A DNA stretch of 63,596 nt, counting the filler, from Choristocarpus tenellus KU-1152 (taxonomy: Eukaryota > Protista > Phaeophyceae), in assembly GCA_964200185.2 (NCBI GenBank). It is 9 parts of 9 records of this genome, joined end to end, with 100 filler letters (N's around TTAATTAATTAA, not from the genome) between each part and the next. Parts side by side here need not be neighbours in the genome. Positions count along the whole stretch, not along the records: positions 34,930 to 50,427 come from CAXNAD020000987.1; positions 50,528 to 54,301 come from CAXNAD020017997.1; 7 more parts are not named here. The stretch is one strand, 5' to 3'. Within the stretch, counting starts at the first letter, position 1; every line of letters begins with the position of its first letter. The notes under the pieces are model-generated. The model was not told the DNA's origin. It saw only the letters and a list, made by a program, of their open reading frames with translations, and did not search any database. Below are positions 36,353 to 50,599 of this stretch, piece after piece. The position numbers and the translations under genes are program-made.

Positions 36353-39300
36353 ATGCGACGACGTGGGGTGGGAGTGGGGGCTGTGAAGAGGAAGGAAAAA
36401 GATACGCAGGTAAATCTGAAAGTTGATCTACCTGCTCATGGTAGAACGCAACACTTGTTCAAGAGTTCCAACCCTTGTCTTCCAAAGAACAGGCTTTTGA
36501 AGCTGTGGGAAAGAAGGCGGCTGAAGAGAACTTGGCTCACATCTCGGATATGATGGATACTTTTAAGGGGAGCCTCGAAGATTTTGCGCGGAAATACAAG
36601 AAAAATATCAATCAGGACCCTGCCTTTCGTCAGCAGTTCCAGGTCATGTGTACTAGTATTGGGTAAGTTCCCGTTTGCACTATTCAAACCTAGCATAGCG
36701 AAATGTGGCAGGTCCCATACATAGTGAAGGGTTAGAAGTAGAATTTTCCCACCACGACCATTGTATGTTGTTGTCCCGATAATAACTCGACGGTGTTCTT
36801 ATCTCTTTGACCTCTTCTGTCTAATGATATTGTTTTGGAGCCTTGAGCCATTCTATCTTGGTCCACCCTGCTGTGCCTCTCTTATATCTTACACCCGCTT
36901 CTGGATTGCAGTGTAGACCCTTTGGCATCAACTAAGGGTTTCTGGGCGGAGGTGCTTGGTGTTGGCGACTTCTACTACGAGCTAGCGGTCCAGATTGTGG
37001 AGATATGCATAAACACGCGTTCAGTGAATGGGGGGCTGATGTCTCTTCCGGTGCGTGTGTGGACATGATAGCAGTTGTAAGGAGATGACAAGCATTGCAC
37101 CTTTCCAAGAGGACGGCCGAGATGTAGCCGGGATGAGGAAGTTGCGGGAATAGGGGGAGTAGAGATGCGAGACATTCAGGCTGCGGCTGAAGTCCTTCGA
37201 TGCCTATGTAAGGTTGGCTAGTGCGTTCATCTTTGGGATTTTTGACATTCATCCGTTCACAGGGTCAGATGAGATTCTCTATGTTAATTTTTTTCGTCCA
37301 ATCCTAGGGGCATCGCAATGGTTCTGCATGAAACTACTCCATGCTATTTGCAACACTTTGGTCAAGGGATTTGTTGTAGGAAGATATATATCACTTCTAC
37401 ATCTTTCAACTGGGGTGTATCACACTCAGGGGTTTATCAACAGATACCCACAGCACCATTTTTCGCTTGCATTTTTTCGTAAAAATCAGGAAGTATGTAA
37501 TGTTAAACCATTCGCAGAGACCTCATCCTATGAGGGTTTCAGTGTCTGCATTCTCCGAGTCTAGTACACATCCGTGTTACTCTTAAGTACACATGAATGA
37601 GTTGTGCAACAAAGGGAGTTGTGTATTACCATGGAATTCAAATACTTTGATTAATAGATTGAAAATGTCCTCCTTTAACTGTCTGGGGGGTATGTGACTC
37701 TTTGCGATGGTAGGGTGGGCGGTAGGTTGACATTGGTTGCTTTCCAATCAAATCTGTGTTGTGCACCCATCTAGTAAGTGGATCTTTTACTGTGGACCTT
37801 GCAGGTTGTCTAGTAGTAGTGGAGATAGAGTTTGATGTGTACTGAAGTGACACAGCCATTGCCAGTGGCAGGATATCTTCTGTGTCCCATATTCTGTCTA
37901 CATGTTCTAATTGTTTGTCACTTGTCATGACTTCTGAAAAATTGCTTCGGCACATTCACTTGTCCATTCCTCTAGTTCCAAGAAAGCACAATCACACTTA
38001 TGCAGACACACACACACACTTGCACATGTAAACGTCCAACAGTTAGTCATTCCAATCTTGCTGTTTTGCTGATTGCTCATACCTCACACAGTACCAATCC
38101 TCCTTCCCCAAACTCACTCCCCAAGCCAAACGTACATTTGGTTTGACCTTTTCTCCTCACCTCTCTGATTCCTCTTCTTTCAGGAATTGCTTCAACGCCT
38201 CCAAGCAAAGGGACGTGAAAGGCGCCACCAGCCAGAGCTGTCTCAGGATGATGTCCGTCGAGCGACTTCCAAGCTGGCGGTGCTCGGAAGTGGCTTTCAA
38301 GTGAGAACAGACTATGGTAGTTGTCTGTTCATGCGTGACAGGGTTTGTACTTTGGGAGAATCAAAAGTTAAATTTGTGATTGAAGTTCTACGTTAGGGTG
38401 TGAGGGAAGGAGGCGATTTGTTGTGCAGAGAGCATGTGTGGAATGGTGGGGGAAGGGGGCGGGGAGAGTTTTACGGTAGTGCTTGAAGTGTGACACACGT
38501 TTTAGAAGCACCGCAGTATTGAGACCAAGGTAGAGTTTGACAAGGGAGGGAGGTGGCGTCCAGTTTTATGAAAAGTTTATTTGCCGACCTGGGGTGCTTC
38601 TTTGATCGTAGAGACTTGCATTATCCTCTTGAAAGGGAGAATGGATACATTACCGCAGAAGTCCATTGTTGCTGTGCCCCCCTCTGGTTGTGTTAATCTG
38701 GCCTGAACAAACCACATGCTTGTTCTATTCCAGTTTGTGTGAATACAAGCTACTATGTGTCTAACGGATTGGTTCACTTGAACTTGTAATTTTTATGCTG
38801 AGGCAGAGTGTTCTTGGTTGTTTTTGTGGTTCTCAGCAGTAGTTATGGCATGGGATTTTTTTGACAATACCTTAAGGCTCAGATTGTGAGGGCTCTGTAT
38901 TGATTTCTTTGTTGTTGCTTTTTCTCTTCTCAATTTATCGTGATGCCCTATACTGTGTGTTAATTTATTGTGGGATACCATATGAGTTTCAATCTTGAGT
39001 TGATGAAAACGTTTGTGAGAGATGATGTAGGGGGGTGGAAAGAGGGGACTTTCACTTTTTAATGATGTTTGTTACTTGTCCCTCTACATTGAAGTCCAAG
39101 TTGGACATTAAGGTGAGGTTGAAGTTGAAGGTGAAGGTGATAGTAGCTGTTCCCATCTTTTGCTCACTACCCTTGCTTTGCTCATTCCCCTTCTTCCCCC
39201 CCCCCACCTGTTTGGAAGAATACTGGCAGTTCACACACCTCATACTCTCTTTTGTCACCATCAATGTAGCTGAACCTTACCTGTGTTTTACGAATGAACC

Positions 39301-41493
39301 ATCATATTTAGGGAACTGCTGGGTCTACTTTGATTAACTCGAACACCTCCTTGTTATGCTACAGCTTCAATACAGAAGGCATCGTTGACATGTACTAGTG
39401 TGAGATGTGCAATTGATATCTTCACAATCCAACAACTTTTGAAATCCCATCCAAGTTGGAAAAAAAAGAACCTGTGTGGGGATGTGTTCGCAGATCCTTG
39501 AAGTGGGCAAGACAGCCATGGTGGTTTCTGTGCCCAGAGAGCTCAGCCGAGATCATTCTTCAATCCTCTTGTTGGCTGAGGCAACAGGCCGGGTGACGGA
39601 AGCTGAGGTTGTGGAGAGATTGGGGTGGGACCGTGATCGGGCTCGTGGGGTGCTGAGAGAGCTCATTCAGGTGCTTGTTTTTTTTTTGGGCTGGACCTCT
39701 CTTTTTGGAAAAGTGCATGTTCTGATGGTGATAATATGATACTTTGGTCCCAAAGATGTCAAATGCCCAGCATACCTGAGGCCCATGCCTACTAGGAATG
39801 CCTTCCCAGATATATGGAATACCGTGTATGCTTATGCCTCACATGTCTCCTCAGTCTACAATATTGTTGCAAGAAAAGCTGTTTGAGTGCTTGAGAGGAT
39901 GCCATATTATATGTGCAATTTGATTCGTAAATTATTTTCCTTTTTGATGATATTTTCGATCACTGACTTTGATTGTATGCTAAAGAGTGAATATTTTCAG
40001 ATGTATATTGTTGATTGGTGCTATGTACTGGGCATTGCAAGCAGACGCAGCCAGAAAACGTGTGCTGGGGGGCCAAACCCAGGTTTAAACAGTGGACAAA
40101 CGACATCTTTCGTTGGACCTGATAAGTTTTTTTGTTTGTGTTGGAAGTCATGTACGAAAAAAGCTAACTGCAAAAATGTTCTGAATTTCTCTACGCAGGA
40201 AGTAGGAAATACCTTGTGACATCTTTTCCTAGTGCTGGAACTGCCGAAAATGTCTTCCATCCTTTGGTCTATCGCTATCCCCCCCCCCCCACTCCCCATT
40301 CCCCACTCCCCATACATATATATAGTAGATATAGAGGTATGTCATAATCCATGGGCCATCACCTCATCAATTGCACACCCTCCCCGAATGGTCCATCTCA
40401 ATGTTTGTGCTTCGCATGGAGCCCGTGCTGCTGACAATCAGATGTTTGGCGATTTTCTGCCCTGATAGGATGGTCCTATGTCAATTTTTTACTAGGTACA
40501 TTGCTCCATTTTCATGTTTTTTTTTCTATGGTTTCCCTGACACCTCATAATGCTGAATTTCCAAATCAGATATATCCCCCAGCCCTCAAGATGACCCACC
40601 CCGAGTGTCACCTGGAGTTCAACCTGTTGATTTTTTTCCCTTAATGGGTATATAGAAGTTAAGGACAGGAATTGACATCATTTGAGTCTAGAGATTAAAA
40701 TAAAAGTCTTGCCTTATTGTGTGTGAAATGGCGACAAAACCCCCCCCCTCAGTCAAAGTCGACTGCCCTCTAAATTGAACATCTTTTGCCAGCTTTGAGT
40801 GCAAGAGTCTTGTTTGGGTCACATCCGGTCTTTAGCTTTGTATCACACAGTAGCCTAGGAATGTATGTAACCTATCACCCAGGAAGACCTTTCTCTTGTG
40901 ATCTCGTGGGCAAGTGCTTTTTGAGTAGTTTCGATGAATCGGGATGCTTGAGATTGGCTGCCCAAGGATATGGGGCTGCTCCTCTGGGGTGGGTTTGTAT
41001 TCTACATTCTGCACCATCCCGCCCTATGGTCTCAAGCAACTTGGAGCCTTAAAGAGTTGGTCAAGGTTTCCAAATGTTTCGGATAGAATATGGCACAGTG
41101 TGCTTCATATCTTGGGAAATCCTACTGAAGGTACGGCATATTGAAGGTATGAGTGGATAAATAACCTGGGCTATCATAGCTTTGAATACATTTACAAAAA
41201 AAATGTTTTCTCTGGCTTACTCCGAGATTTTTCTTATTATGTAATAACCATAAAACCTTGGATACCCTCTTCTTGTACATCATATGTTCCCCCATTCTGC
41301 TTTCCTTCCTCCCCTATTCTCTCTCCTCTTTGTATTTGATTTTTCTCAGGAGGGTATGGCATGGGTCGATGGCGACGGGGCAGGGCCTGAGGGTGGGGGA
41401 GGGGAGGGGAAGCCAGCATACTACTTTCCAAGTCTATGGCAGGGGGAGGGGTTGCTGGGAGGGGAGGAGGAGGAAGTGGCATCCTCCATGTGA
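36353..41493 (+). CDS. SNF8: ESCRT-II subunit SNF8/VPS22 (EAP30), complete 6-exon gene
   Basis: Exons 36353-36409, 36493-36662, 36912-37050, 38184-38300, 39494-39670, 41350-41493 join in frame through GT-AG introns. Translation [10 protein letters not shown]...[62 protein letters not shown]...GGLMSL...LAVLGSGF...[10 protein letters not shown]...EGMAWVD...YYFPSLW matches hallmark Vps22 motifs. Confidence 0.96.
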
Positions 41494-44400
41494 CCTGACA
41501 GTTTTGACACTTTTACTGGTGAATCAAAAAGGGTAACAAGATAAGACTGTGGCTTTTGTCTTAGTTCCTTTTTTTTGTTTTGTTTCCGTTGGTGTGAGAA
41601 AAAGTGGGTGTGCTATTGCAGGAAACCGTTTTTTTTTTAAAATAATTTTTTGGCTGATTTCTTTTCGGTTGAGACAATTTCGTGCTTATCTTGGGAGCGG
41701 CATAATTTGGATGGGTTTATACTTGTGTTTTCGCTCCTTAATGTTGTTGTATGAAGCTTGTGGAGTCAACTTGGTTGTTCAATCCTCAGCCTCAAGCAGG
41801 TATTTTAACTGATGCAAAGGAATGACTCCATCGAAGCTCATTCCCACATTTAGTTGAGTCTGACTGACTCGGCATGTTGCCACTATGAATGATCTCCGCA
41901 CCAATAGCCATCCTTGCAAAAAAGGCACTTGCTGTAATCTTACGTTTAATGAAGGCAAACACCTGCACTGGAAGGAGAGGGTAGGGAAGGGGTGAATCTC
42001 TTTGCTAGGCCCCCTCCCATAGAGAGCACTCCCATGCCCAAGTTATGCTTGCAAGATGAGCATCAGTGTGCATGCTTCCTCAGTGGTTGGCTCTGATTAG
42101 ACACATGTTTTAATGATGGAGTCTAGAGGACTTTCTATTTGCGGAACAGATTGGACTTTTTTGCCCCTGTGATGGTAAAGTGCACACACATACATAGTTG
42201 ATTGCATGTGTCTGAGCATTCTAAGGGATGCTGTTTGGGATTAGAGCAGCCTCGCTCCCACTGCTCTGACTCTTAAACTGTGGATATTCCTCAGTATCTA
42301 CATCCTGTTGAACTTTCCAACTGTGGATATCTCTTGGTTCCTACAACACGTTAAAACATCCTCTTTCATATTTTGTATATCAACATTTTCGGCACCTAGT
42401 TCACCACTTTACCCTACTTGACTTTTCAATATCTAAGCCTCCTCTTTTGTTTTTATGTTGTGTTCAAATGCTCTGAAGGACATTCTTTTATGGAGTTATG
42501 GTCAAAGCTCTATTGGTGCTGTGTTGATGACTCCTCAATAGAGTAGGTTTGCATTTGTTGGGCGTAATCCTTAGACACTGCATTCTGAGCTTCCTTTCCT
42601 CTGTGCTGTTGTGCACAGTTAGTACTTTTTTTTATTGTGTTTTTTATAGCTTAGTGATTGTACAGGTAGGCATACATTCCATCACGATTGCCATGTGGTT
42701 AATTTAAATGAGGGAACCCTGAACAGGAAATTTGATGGTTATGGGGGGGTTGAACCCGCACATTTCTATGCATGAAAGTGGTAACCAAACTTCTTTATAA
42801 ATTGTGGATGAAATGTCAATGGAACACACAGGACAGATAGGGTATATAGATGAGAACATTTTCTGCTACTATTGCATCTAAATGTATGTGGAAACCCATT
42901 AGTCTCCCAATGCATTTACGCCCAACAGTTGTTTTGCCAACATTTTAATTCTGATACCCATGTCTTCATATCCTAACAGTTGTGGGCTGATGTATGCTAG
43001 TAAGGTGGGTTGGTTAGGTAAAATCTTGAGAGTGTGGACGTCTTGTATGTGGGAATTCAACATCATTACCGGCACCCTACCACTTACCTTAAAGGGAGCT
43101 TCTAAGAATCGACTTTAACTAATCATGCATGAACTCCAACTGCAGCTTCCAATCCCACATTTTATTTAGTGTGGATTCAAGCATTTTTTTTTTGGGGGGG
43201 GGGCTTGACCTCTGTGCTTCAAAGGGAATGTGTACTGAGTGTACAGACTGGACTTTGTGGCATTGTGTCCAGGTCACGGCCAGTGTGAATGTCCCAGCTG
43301 TTGCTTAACTGTCTATGTAAATGCCATCATTGTTTTTAACACATATACGCGCATCGCAAGAAGAGGAAGAGCACAATGATATGTACCTTACCCAAGTACA
43401 AAGGGCTTCATATCACCCCATCACCCCAGTATGCACTCATTCCTGCAGTAAATCCGTATGAAAAATCGAACTCTCCCGGGTGTGTGTGTGTGTGTGCTTG
43501 CGTGTGTTTTTTTCTAGTATGTGATGTGGTTTGAATGGGGATAGTGTCACCCCACCATAATTCTATAATGATTTTATCAAGACAAGAAATACCTTCAGTT
43601 CACTCCAGCATGATTTCCTCCTGCAGCAAAATGCCAAGTGAAAGGAGAAATACCCTCGAGGCCTCTCACCAGCGGGGGGGGCTTTTGATAAGTGGCGAGC
43701 TTTGTGTGCACTGCGCAAGGACCCTATTTTGCCCGCCGACTCAACCAACTTCGTACATACTTTCCCTGGTATCCTACCCCTTCATTGTTGGCATGGTTTG
43801 CTATATCCCTTGCATGAGATGTATGTGTGTGTGGTCAACCTGCCATATTGCCCACCAGTTTTGATGTTTTGAAGAGGTAAGCCTTGTGTTTAGGTTGATC
43901 CCACTTGTGAAATAACACCGTGCCTACCACATCCAAGCTTGATGAAGGTAATTCGATTCACATGGTGTCAAAGTCAAACTAGGCGAACTACAGGAGGCTT
44001 GTACAGTACCAGTGGTTTGTTGTTTGTGCTTGATTTTTTGTTGCAACACATTTCATTGTGGGCAATGAATGTGTAGGCAACTTGAGCATGGCCGCTCAGG
44101 ATCTAGAGGTCTTCTATTAGTAGAGCAGTGAATACGTGTCTGACTATTACTGTGTTCATTGTGGATATTCCAGGGTGACCTTAAGTTTTGCTGGTTGGCT
44201 GTAGTGTTGAAAAACACTACTGAAAGTATCTTACACGAGGACAATGATTGGGAATAGAGGTTGTGAAGGTAAAATAATGAGGGCAGGAGCGGAGACCATT
44301 ATTATATTCAATTAGTAGAATGTGATCTAGACGTCTAAATAGTGCTTCCTGCGCTTACTTCCCTTCCTTTCAATCTTTGCACGGCTCGTGAGGGAGTTCC

Positions 44401-44679
44401 AGGAAAATGTGGCCCAGCATAGGGATGGGAGTGGTAAAGAAGCAGAGAATATGTCAGGATAAAAAGCAATGTCATGGCGTATTGAAATACAGTCCCCTGC
44501 AATGAGACACAAAAAATAGCGCCATGCACTCCTCTATAGTGAGGATGGCACTTTAATACGTGTGAAAATACAATCCAAGGTACTTGATGCAGCAAATCCA
44601 AGTGAGGGGCGATGGAAGCAAATGAGGGAGCAAGACTCCTAGACCTTTACAAGTATCTTTCCTCATAAGCCAATGTAAC

Positions 44680-47600
44680 CTACCACCGGAAGACCATCCT
44701 CTGCTCTGGTCCCTTGGGTAGGATAGGAGACTCATCACCTTCTAGTGACTTGGGTTTTTGAACTTGACCCACAGGACATGTTAGGGCAGGATGAGGGAGC
44801 GCTTGCTTGTGTAGGTTGCCCCTAGTAACCTCTAATGTATTTGAGGGACTAAATTTGGACCAGTTGAAAGTTTCCGAAACTTGATGGAATATAGATGGTA
44901 GAAGTGATGTCTTGCTCATCTTCTCTTGTGTTCTTGATCCCTCCACATCTCCCATCCATCCAGAACCAGCAGATTTCCCGAATATATCCATCCTTGGGAC
45001 ATGTCCCTCCCCATCAAACAAAATATGCCCAGTCCGACGACAACTTTCCAGTGTCACTGTTGATCTCTTCCTCAATGCCCTTGAAAGATCCTCATGGTAG
45101 CCAAGCATGTCATGGAGTTTATTATTCGATGCTTCTTCTGAAAGTTTGGGTTCCCCTCCCTTCAGGAAAACACCAGCGCATGTTGGTGACATTTTACCCC
45201 CCTCTCTCAATGCGTCTTCACATCCAGGCGAATATTTGTGGTGTATATGCTCATCAGGATTGTTAAGCCGCTTTTCTTGCAATGCCCCTGCTAATGCCAC
45301 CGTTGGCCATTTTGGCTTGTCTCGCCCCTTCTCTGCAATTTGAACTTTCCCCTTGCCTATGATCTCAGAGTCTTGCTCCCTTGCTGACCCCTCTGCCTCT
45401 CTCTCCCTCTTCTGTGCTGATGCCTTTCCCTTCTGGTGGCATAGTAATGGTTCAGTTTTGATAATTGTTATCTCGCCATACACACCAAGCTCTGTGTGCC
45501 CTAATTGCTCGATTCTCTTTTCCCTGGCTGGCACTCTGCCTGATTGTACCCTTGACTCTATTCTGCTGGAGATGGAGTTGACCTTTGATATAATTCGGCG
45601 TTCAAGAGAATTAGAACGTTTATATAGATGAAGTGGAGACAGAGAGGGCACCAGGGCTCAAGGTGCTGAACATTGGATGCCCAGTCATGTCCGTTGATAC
45701 ACAGATCCACACCCTTTTCAGAGTTTCTACGAATGAGTGAAAGTATCTAAGAGGGTATGAATTTTGCCCTGCAAATGTATATGTTATGGAAAGGTGTGTC
45801 TGAACAAGGATATTGACACTTCCTAACAAACACGATTGCCAAAATTACATCAAAATGGCAACATTGGATTTTGGTCCCCAAATGGACATGGCTCTACCCT
45901 CAGAGATACTTTGACTCAATATTTTGCCCCATTTCCTCAACAAGCATCTCTCGATATTTGAACATTTCTCATTGGTGATAGATTCTCTTTCAAGACTTAA
46001 ACTTGAGTCCTTAGTCCAACGATGCCAAAAAAAGATCCAAAGCATCTGGGTGGGGGGGAGGTGGTCTACACCAGGGTGTCTATTTGGGTCAAAATAAGGA
46101 AAAGTGCATTTACATTATCCGTTCGATGTATGCAACCAAATCACCCAAAAATCGGGACATGAAAAAATTGACCCCAAATGGACAACCGCCACCCCTCCCA
46201 GATACTTTGAGCCAAAAATTGTTCATAGTGCCTAGATCCCAGAGTGAAGGTGTATCAAAATCGCGAAAATTGAAGACAGGTGGAAGAGTCCCAAATGAGG
46301 GGCCTATGCTTTGTTTTTTTTCTACGGATATTTTGCAGATACTGTCATGGTGGAGGAAGAGGCAACATACACAAAGTACACAACAAACAACAACAGAGTC
46401 TGCATTGCCTTCAGCAAAGGCCTTCCAACTATATCCAACACCCATGTATCGCACTATTAATAATAGTACTTGGTACTCTATTTCATGTCATTTTCCGGTG
46501 AAGTATCTGTGTTCATGCTAGTTTTATTTTTTTTCAAAATGAGGAGATACGAAGAGAAACATACTACCGCGAAGTAGTACATTGCCAAACACTTATTGCA
46601 GACCATGTGATTACCGTTCTGCTCTTCAACTTGATGTGTAAAGCAAGACAAGTGCTGCAAATATCCATTAAAAACAATGAGCGGCTCCATCCTGAGATTT
46701 TCAATCTTGGATGTAATATTGCTGCTAAAATGCTGATAAAGTTCACACTCCGGAGTGCAAAAGGTTATGATCCTGATCTTTCAATCTTGAAAAGAGGAAA
46801 ATTGACTTTGCTGCTCGGAAGTTACAAGCAAGAGAGTTCTTTCTCGTTCATTCCCAGTTGGGAATTTGGGATTTGGGAGGTACGGACCAGAATAATTCAC
46901 TCATAACTGTACCATTTCTCAAAGCAAACGGGAATGATCATTTTCCAGTGCAAGCGCATGATTCAACTACAAAAAAGAGTCAACGTAATCGAGAGGTACC
47001 CAGAGTTGTATTTTGAGGATGCTAACAAATATGTGCAGAATTCGACTTTTTTCGAAAAAAATAATTGCCTGTACGACGATATTTTCTGAATTGTGTCGAA
47101 AATTTCAAACAACAGAGAAATCAACCCCCTTAAGTCAAACTTAGCACTACATCCATAGAAACATGGGTGAGTTGTAAAATATTGAACAAGTGGCTTATGA
47201 ATCAACACATCCAAAAACTGGGTACCTCTTGTTTTCTTTGGCTCAAACACTCTGGAGAATGTCGTTTTCCAACTTTGCTTTTTGGTCAGGGTAATCTACC
47301 CCGATCATCCACAAGAGTTGCCCCCTTCACCCAAAGATTTGTGAAGAAATCGCACACTATACTTGGCCTGCACATATGTCTTCCTCACCTGTTCTGACAC
47401 AACCTTTGAGATAACCTCTGCTTCAGCATCAGTCTCCTTTAGCCCTTCATTGGCACTATCTTCATCCTTCACGTTCATCTCTACATGTCTTTTTCGGTTT
47501 GCAAATACATCGATTTTGTCTGATAACTTGGTGCTAGTGTTCGCCTCCTCTTGAGCATCCACCTTCAAATCAATTGCAACCAACTCTGCCTTCTTTACCT

Positions 47601-49823
47601 CTTCCTTGGCACATTTTTTCGTGTTTGTTTCAGCCTCTAGATCGTTCACCCCATCACACTTGCCCTTTCTTCCTCTCTCTCCTCTCCGGTCTAGCCTCAC
47701 TCCCCCCTTCCCTAATGAACCTTTGCCTTCAGTGGCACGAAATTTTGTTAGCCCATTTTCAAATCCAAGACCACCAACCTCCTTGCCTTTGACAATCTCA
47801 TCTGTCTCATTTAATTCCTGGAGTCTCACTTTCTGATGTAAAGTGGTGCCACCCTTATCCTTTTGATCGGTGACAGCTTCTCCTTCATTCAATATTTCCT
47901 CCTCCCTCTCATCCCCACTCTCACCTCCCCCAGAACCTTCTTCCCCTGCTTCATCTTTCTCTGTGCCACCTCCTTCACTTATCTCACCATCAGCCCTGTC
48001 AGCGTCACTATCTTCCTCGTCACTTCCATCATTGCCATCATCTTCACTGTCACTACCAGAGCCATACCAACCCTCGCTGGATTCATCACTGTCTTCATCC
48101 TCCATACAGCCACCCATCTCGTTGTTGATCTCCTGAGAAGGAGAGGCATTCAGGTCATGGTGAGCCTGTAGTTTTACTCTTGAATGAAAAAAATACAAGG
48201 CCAACCATAAATAATCCAACTGCTTGGAATCACATAATGAGGCAACGGGACTTGCTTGATGGATGCACCCATTTCAGTTACAACATATGTTGAAGAAGCA
48301 CTGCCTTGATGTTCCAAGCTTTTCATAGCATGAATATTTTGTAGAGATTCCGTCCACAAGTGGCAAACCTTTTCAACAACTAGGAAGTGTACACATATCT
48401 GTAATCATTTTTGATGTGTGCATAGAAATCTCTACTACTGACTTCACCAAGTGTTCAAGGAGTACCACCATACCATGGCAAATGTGAGTCCGTACAGCTT
48501 CAACTTTGAGAAAAAACCAGGAAGTGGGCACAGTGTATCGAACTTGTTGAAGACGGATTTCAGAGCGTTACGTGCAGCAGGTAGATCTTCTAGATCCTTC
48601 CAGAGTACTCGAGCTAAAGATGTCCTGGCGCGTACCTCAATTATCCCTTGTCTTATCTGATCGCACATGGTTGAACCAGAAGCATGTATCGAGGGAGAAG
48701 CATGAGCATGTTGTACCTGTTGCGACTTAAGTCCTGTTGAGGTCAATAGTCTACTATATTTGCAAGCTAGATACCAACACAACATCTATATGATGCGCTC
48801 AATCATCTCTTTTGGAATGGCTTCATCCCCGTGGCACAAGCAAGCCATTATATATTGCACTTTTTACAGCTTTTTTTCCCAGAGCCTGAAACTTTCCTTC
48901 CAAGAAGGTATTGACTTGAAAATAATACTCTTGCACCAATGCTTCCTGTACATCAACAATTCCATACCTCGGCGGACACATTTGCTGACTCTTGAAAATA
49001 TGTGGAAATTTTCTCATACTCAAGGCGCCGATCTTCTTGTGTCATTACGTTTTCAGCAGTTTCCCCGCTTTCAAGAGCAGCAGCGTCACGGTCTTCTAGC
49101 TCTGAAAGCTTTGCGGCACCATCAAAATTGAGATAGTGGCAAGTCAAGGATAAAATGAATAATGGGGCATAGATGATTATATTGATTATAGGGAGGACTT
49201 GAGTTGCTTGTTGTGCTGTAGTGAATAGGTCTTCAGTCTGGGACTTCCCACGCTTACACGCCCTCTCCACATATTACTACAATACATATATAACTGCTCC
49301 AGTGATTTTGTGTTTGGCATACATTTCAAGTAGTCTGTAAGACTTCCAGTCACAGTGATATTGAGGTCAGAATGGGATTCAACTATCGACCCAGGAATTT
49401 GGTTGAGAAGGTGCTCAGTGAAGGACCCAAAGTATCTCTGTGTGTGTGGGGGTCTACACCAGAGTGTCCATTTGATCAAAACCAGAAAAAGTGCACTTTC
49501 ATTATCCATCCAACGTATGCAACCAAATCACCCAAAAATCGCATAATTGGCCCCAAATGGACAGCCACCACCCCCCCCCCAGACACTTTGAGCCAAGACC
49601 CTTCCTTGAGCTTACCATGAGATCACCCTTGCTGTAAAGCAGGACACTGTGGAAAATATCAAAATCATAGTTTGATACTTCCTCCTCCGCAGTCAACCAT
49701 AGGCTAATGACCTCTTTTGCTGTGTCCCAGTCGTGAATAATGCGGGCTGCCTGGTAAACAGCAGCACACGACCCTCTGCTTGCATTCTTTGAAAGAATTC
49801 GCATGAGCTCCGTTAATGCAGCC
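44680..49823 (-). CDS. Large multi-exon protein of unknown function (helical exons, acidic low-complexity exon, long terminal exon)
   Basis: Long minus-strand ORFs 44680-45651 and 47305-48219 (D/E-rich). Shorter exon-like segments lie near 48490-48660, 48830-49130, 49260-49400 and 49680-49823 with splice-like ends. Exact structure not resolved. Confidence 0.55.
45735..45917. mobile_element. MITE family B copy with internal deletion, TSD AAT
   Basis: aat|GAGTGAAAGTATCT ... AGATACTTTGACTC|aat; lacks about 80 bp including the internal hairpin. Confidence 0.87.
46034..46213. mobile_element. MITE family A copy, TSD AAA
   Basis: aaa|GATCCAAAGCATCT ... AGATACTTTGAGCC|aaa. Confidence 0.88.
46977..47244. 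mobile_element. MITE family C copy, TSD AAA
   Basis: aaa|GAGTCAACGTAATCGAGAGGTACCCAG ... CTGGGTACCTCTTGTTTTCTTTGGCTC|aaa. Confidence 0.85.
49424..49594. mobile_element. MITE family A copy, TSD AAG
   Basis: aag|GACCCAAAGTATCT ... AGACACTTTGAGCC|aag. Confidence 0.88.
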
Positions 49824-49894
49824 CTGGCCTAAGTATCGGTCAGAGGAGAAGGAAGAAGAAGATAAAGTGGGCAGCAAAAGTACGAGGAAAGTTA

Positions 49895-50175
49895 AAGCCA
49901 ACGTACCGAAGAGGTACCTAGGTTTTGGCCGTTTTTGGCCGTTTTTGGCCGTTTTTGCATCTTGAGTCATTTGTTTTCAAGTCTTTTGCAATTCACCCAT
50001 ATTTTTATTGTTTCTATGGATGAAGTTAGAGGGTTGATTTCTCCACTGTTTGAAAAATATTTTCTGTATTAAGAAAACTTCCAGTAACTGTCTGTAGAAG
50101 AAATCAGATTTTGCAAATATTTGTCAAACATCATTAATGCGCAATGCTGGTTACCTCTCCTGTTTACTTTGGCTT
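49895..50175. mobile_element. MITE family C copy (reverse orientation)
   Basis: AAGCCAACGTACCGAAGAGGTACC ... TACCTCTCCTGTTTACTTTGGCTT; contains CAATTCACCCATAT and TTTGCAAATATTTGTCA. Confidence 0.72.
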
Positions 50176-50225
50176 GTGGTCCTGAGCATGTAAGCAAGGA
50201 ATCAGAAAAATCAAATCTTGACATA

Positions 50226-50413
50226 GACCCAAAGTATCTGTGGTGATGGTGGTGGGGGGTCTACACCAGAGTGTCCATTTGAACAAAGTCAGGAAAAGTG
50301 CACTCTCATTATCCATTCAATGCATGAAACCAAATCACCCAAAAATCGCGACATGAAACAATCGACCCCAAATGGACACCCACCACCCCCCCCCCCCCCC
50401 CAAACCTTTAGCC
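50226..50413. mobile_element. MITE family A copy, TSD ATA
   Basis: ata|GACCCAAAGTATCT ... TTTAGCC|ata; right TIR degraded next to poly-C. Confidence 0.8.
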
Positions 50414-50599
50414 ATACCCCCTCCCCCNNNNNNNNNNNNNNNNNNNNNNNNNNNNNNNNNNNNNNNNNNNNTTAATTAATTAANNNNNNNNNNNNNNNNN
50501 NNNNNNNNNNNNNNNNNNNNNNNNNNNCGGTTGGGGGGGGGGGGTTGGGTTGGGGGGGTTCTCGGGGGGGGGGGGGGGGGGGGGGGGGAGGGGGTGGGG

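Noticed and set aside
41494-44679. 3-kb ORF-poor stretch as a candidate ncRNA locus
   Set aside because: Lies between the convergent 3' ends of two genes and is consistent with long 3'UTRs. No tRNA, rRNA or clear structure was seen.
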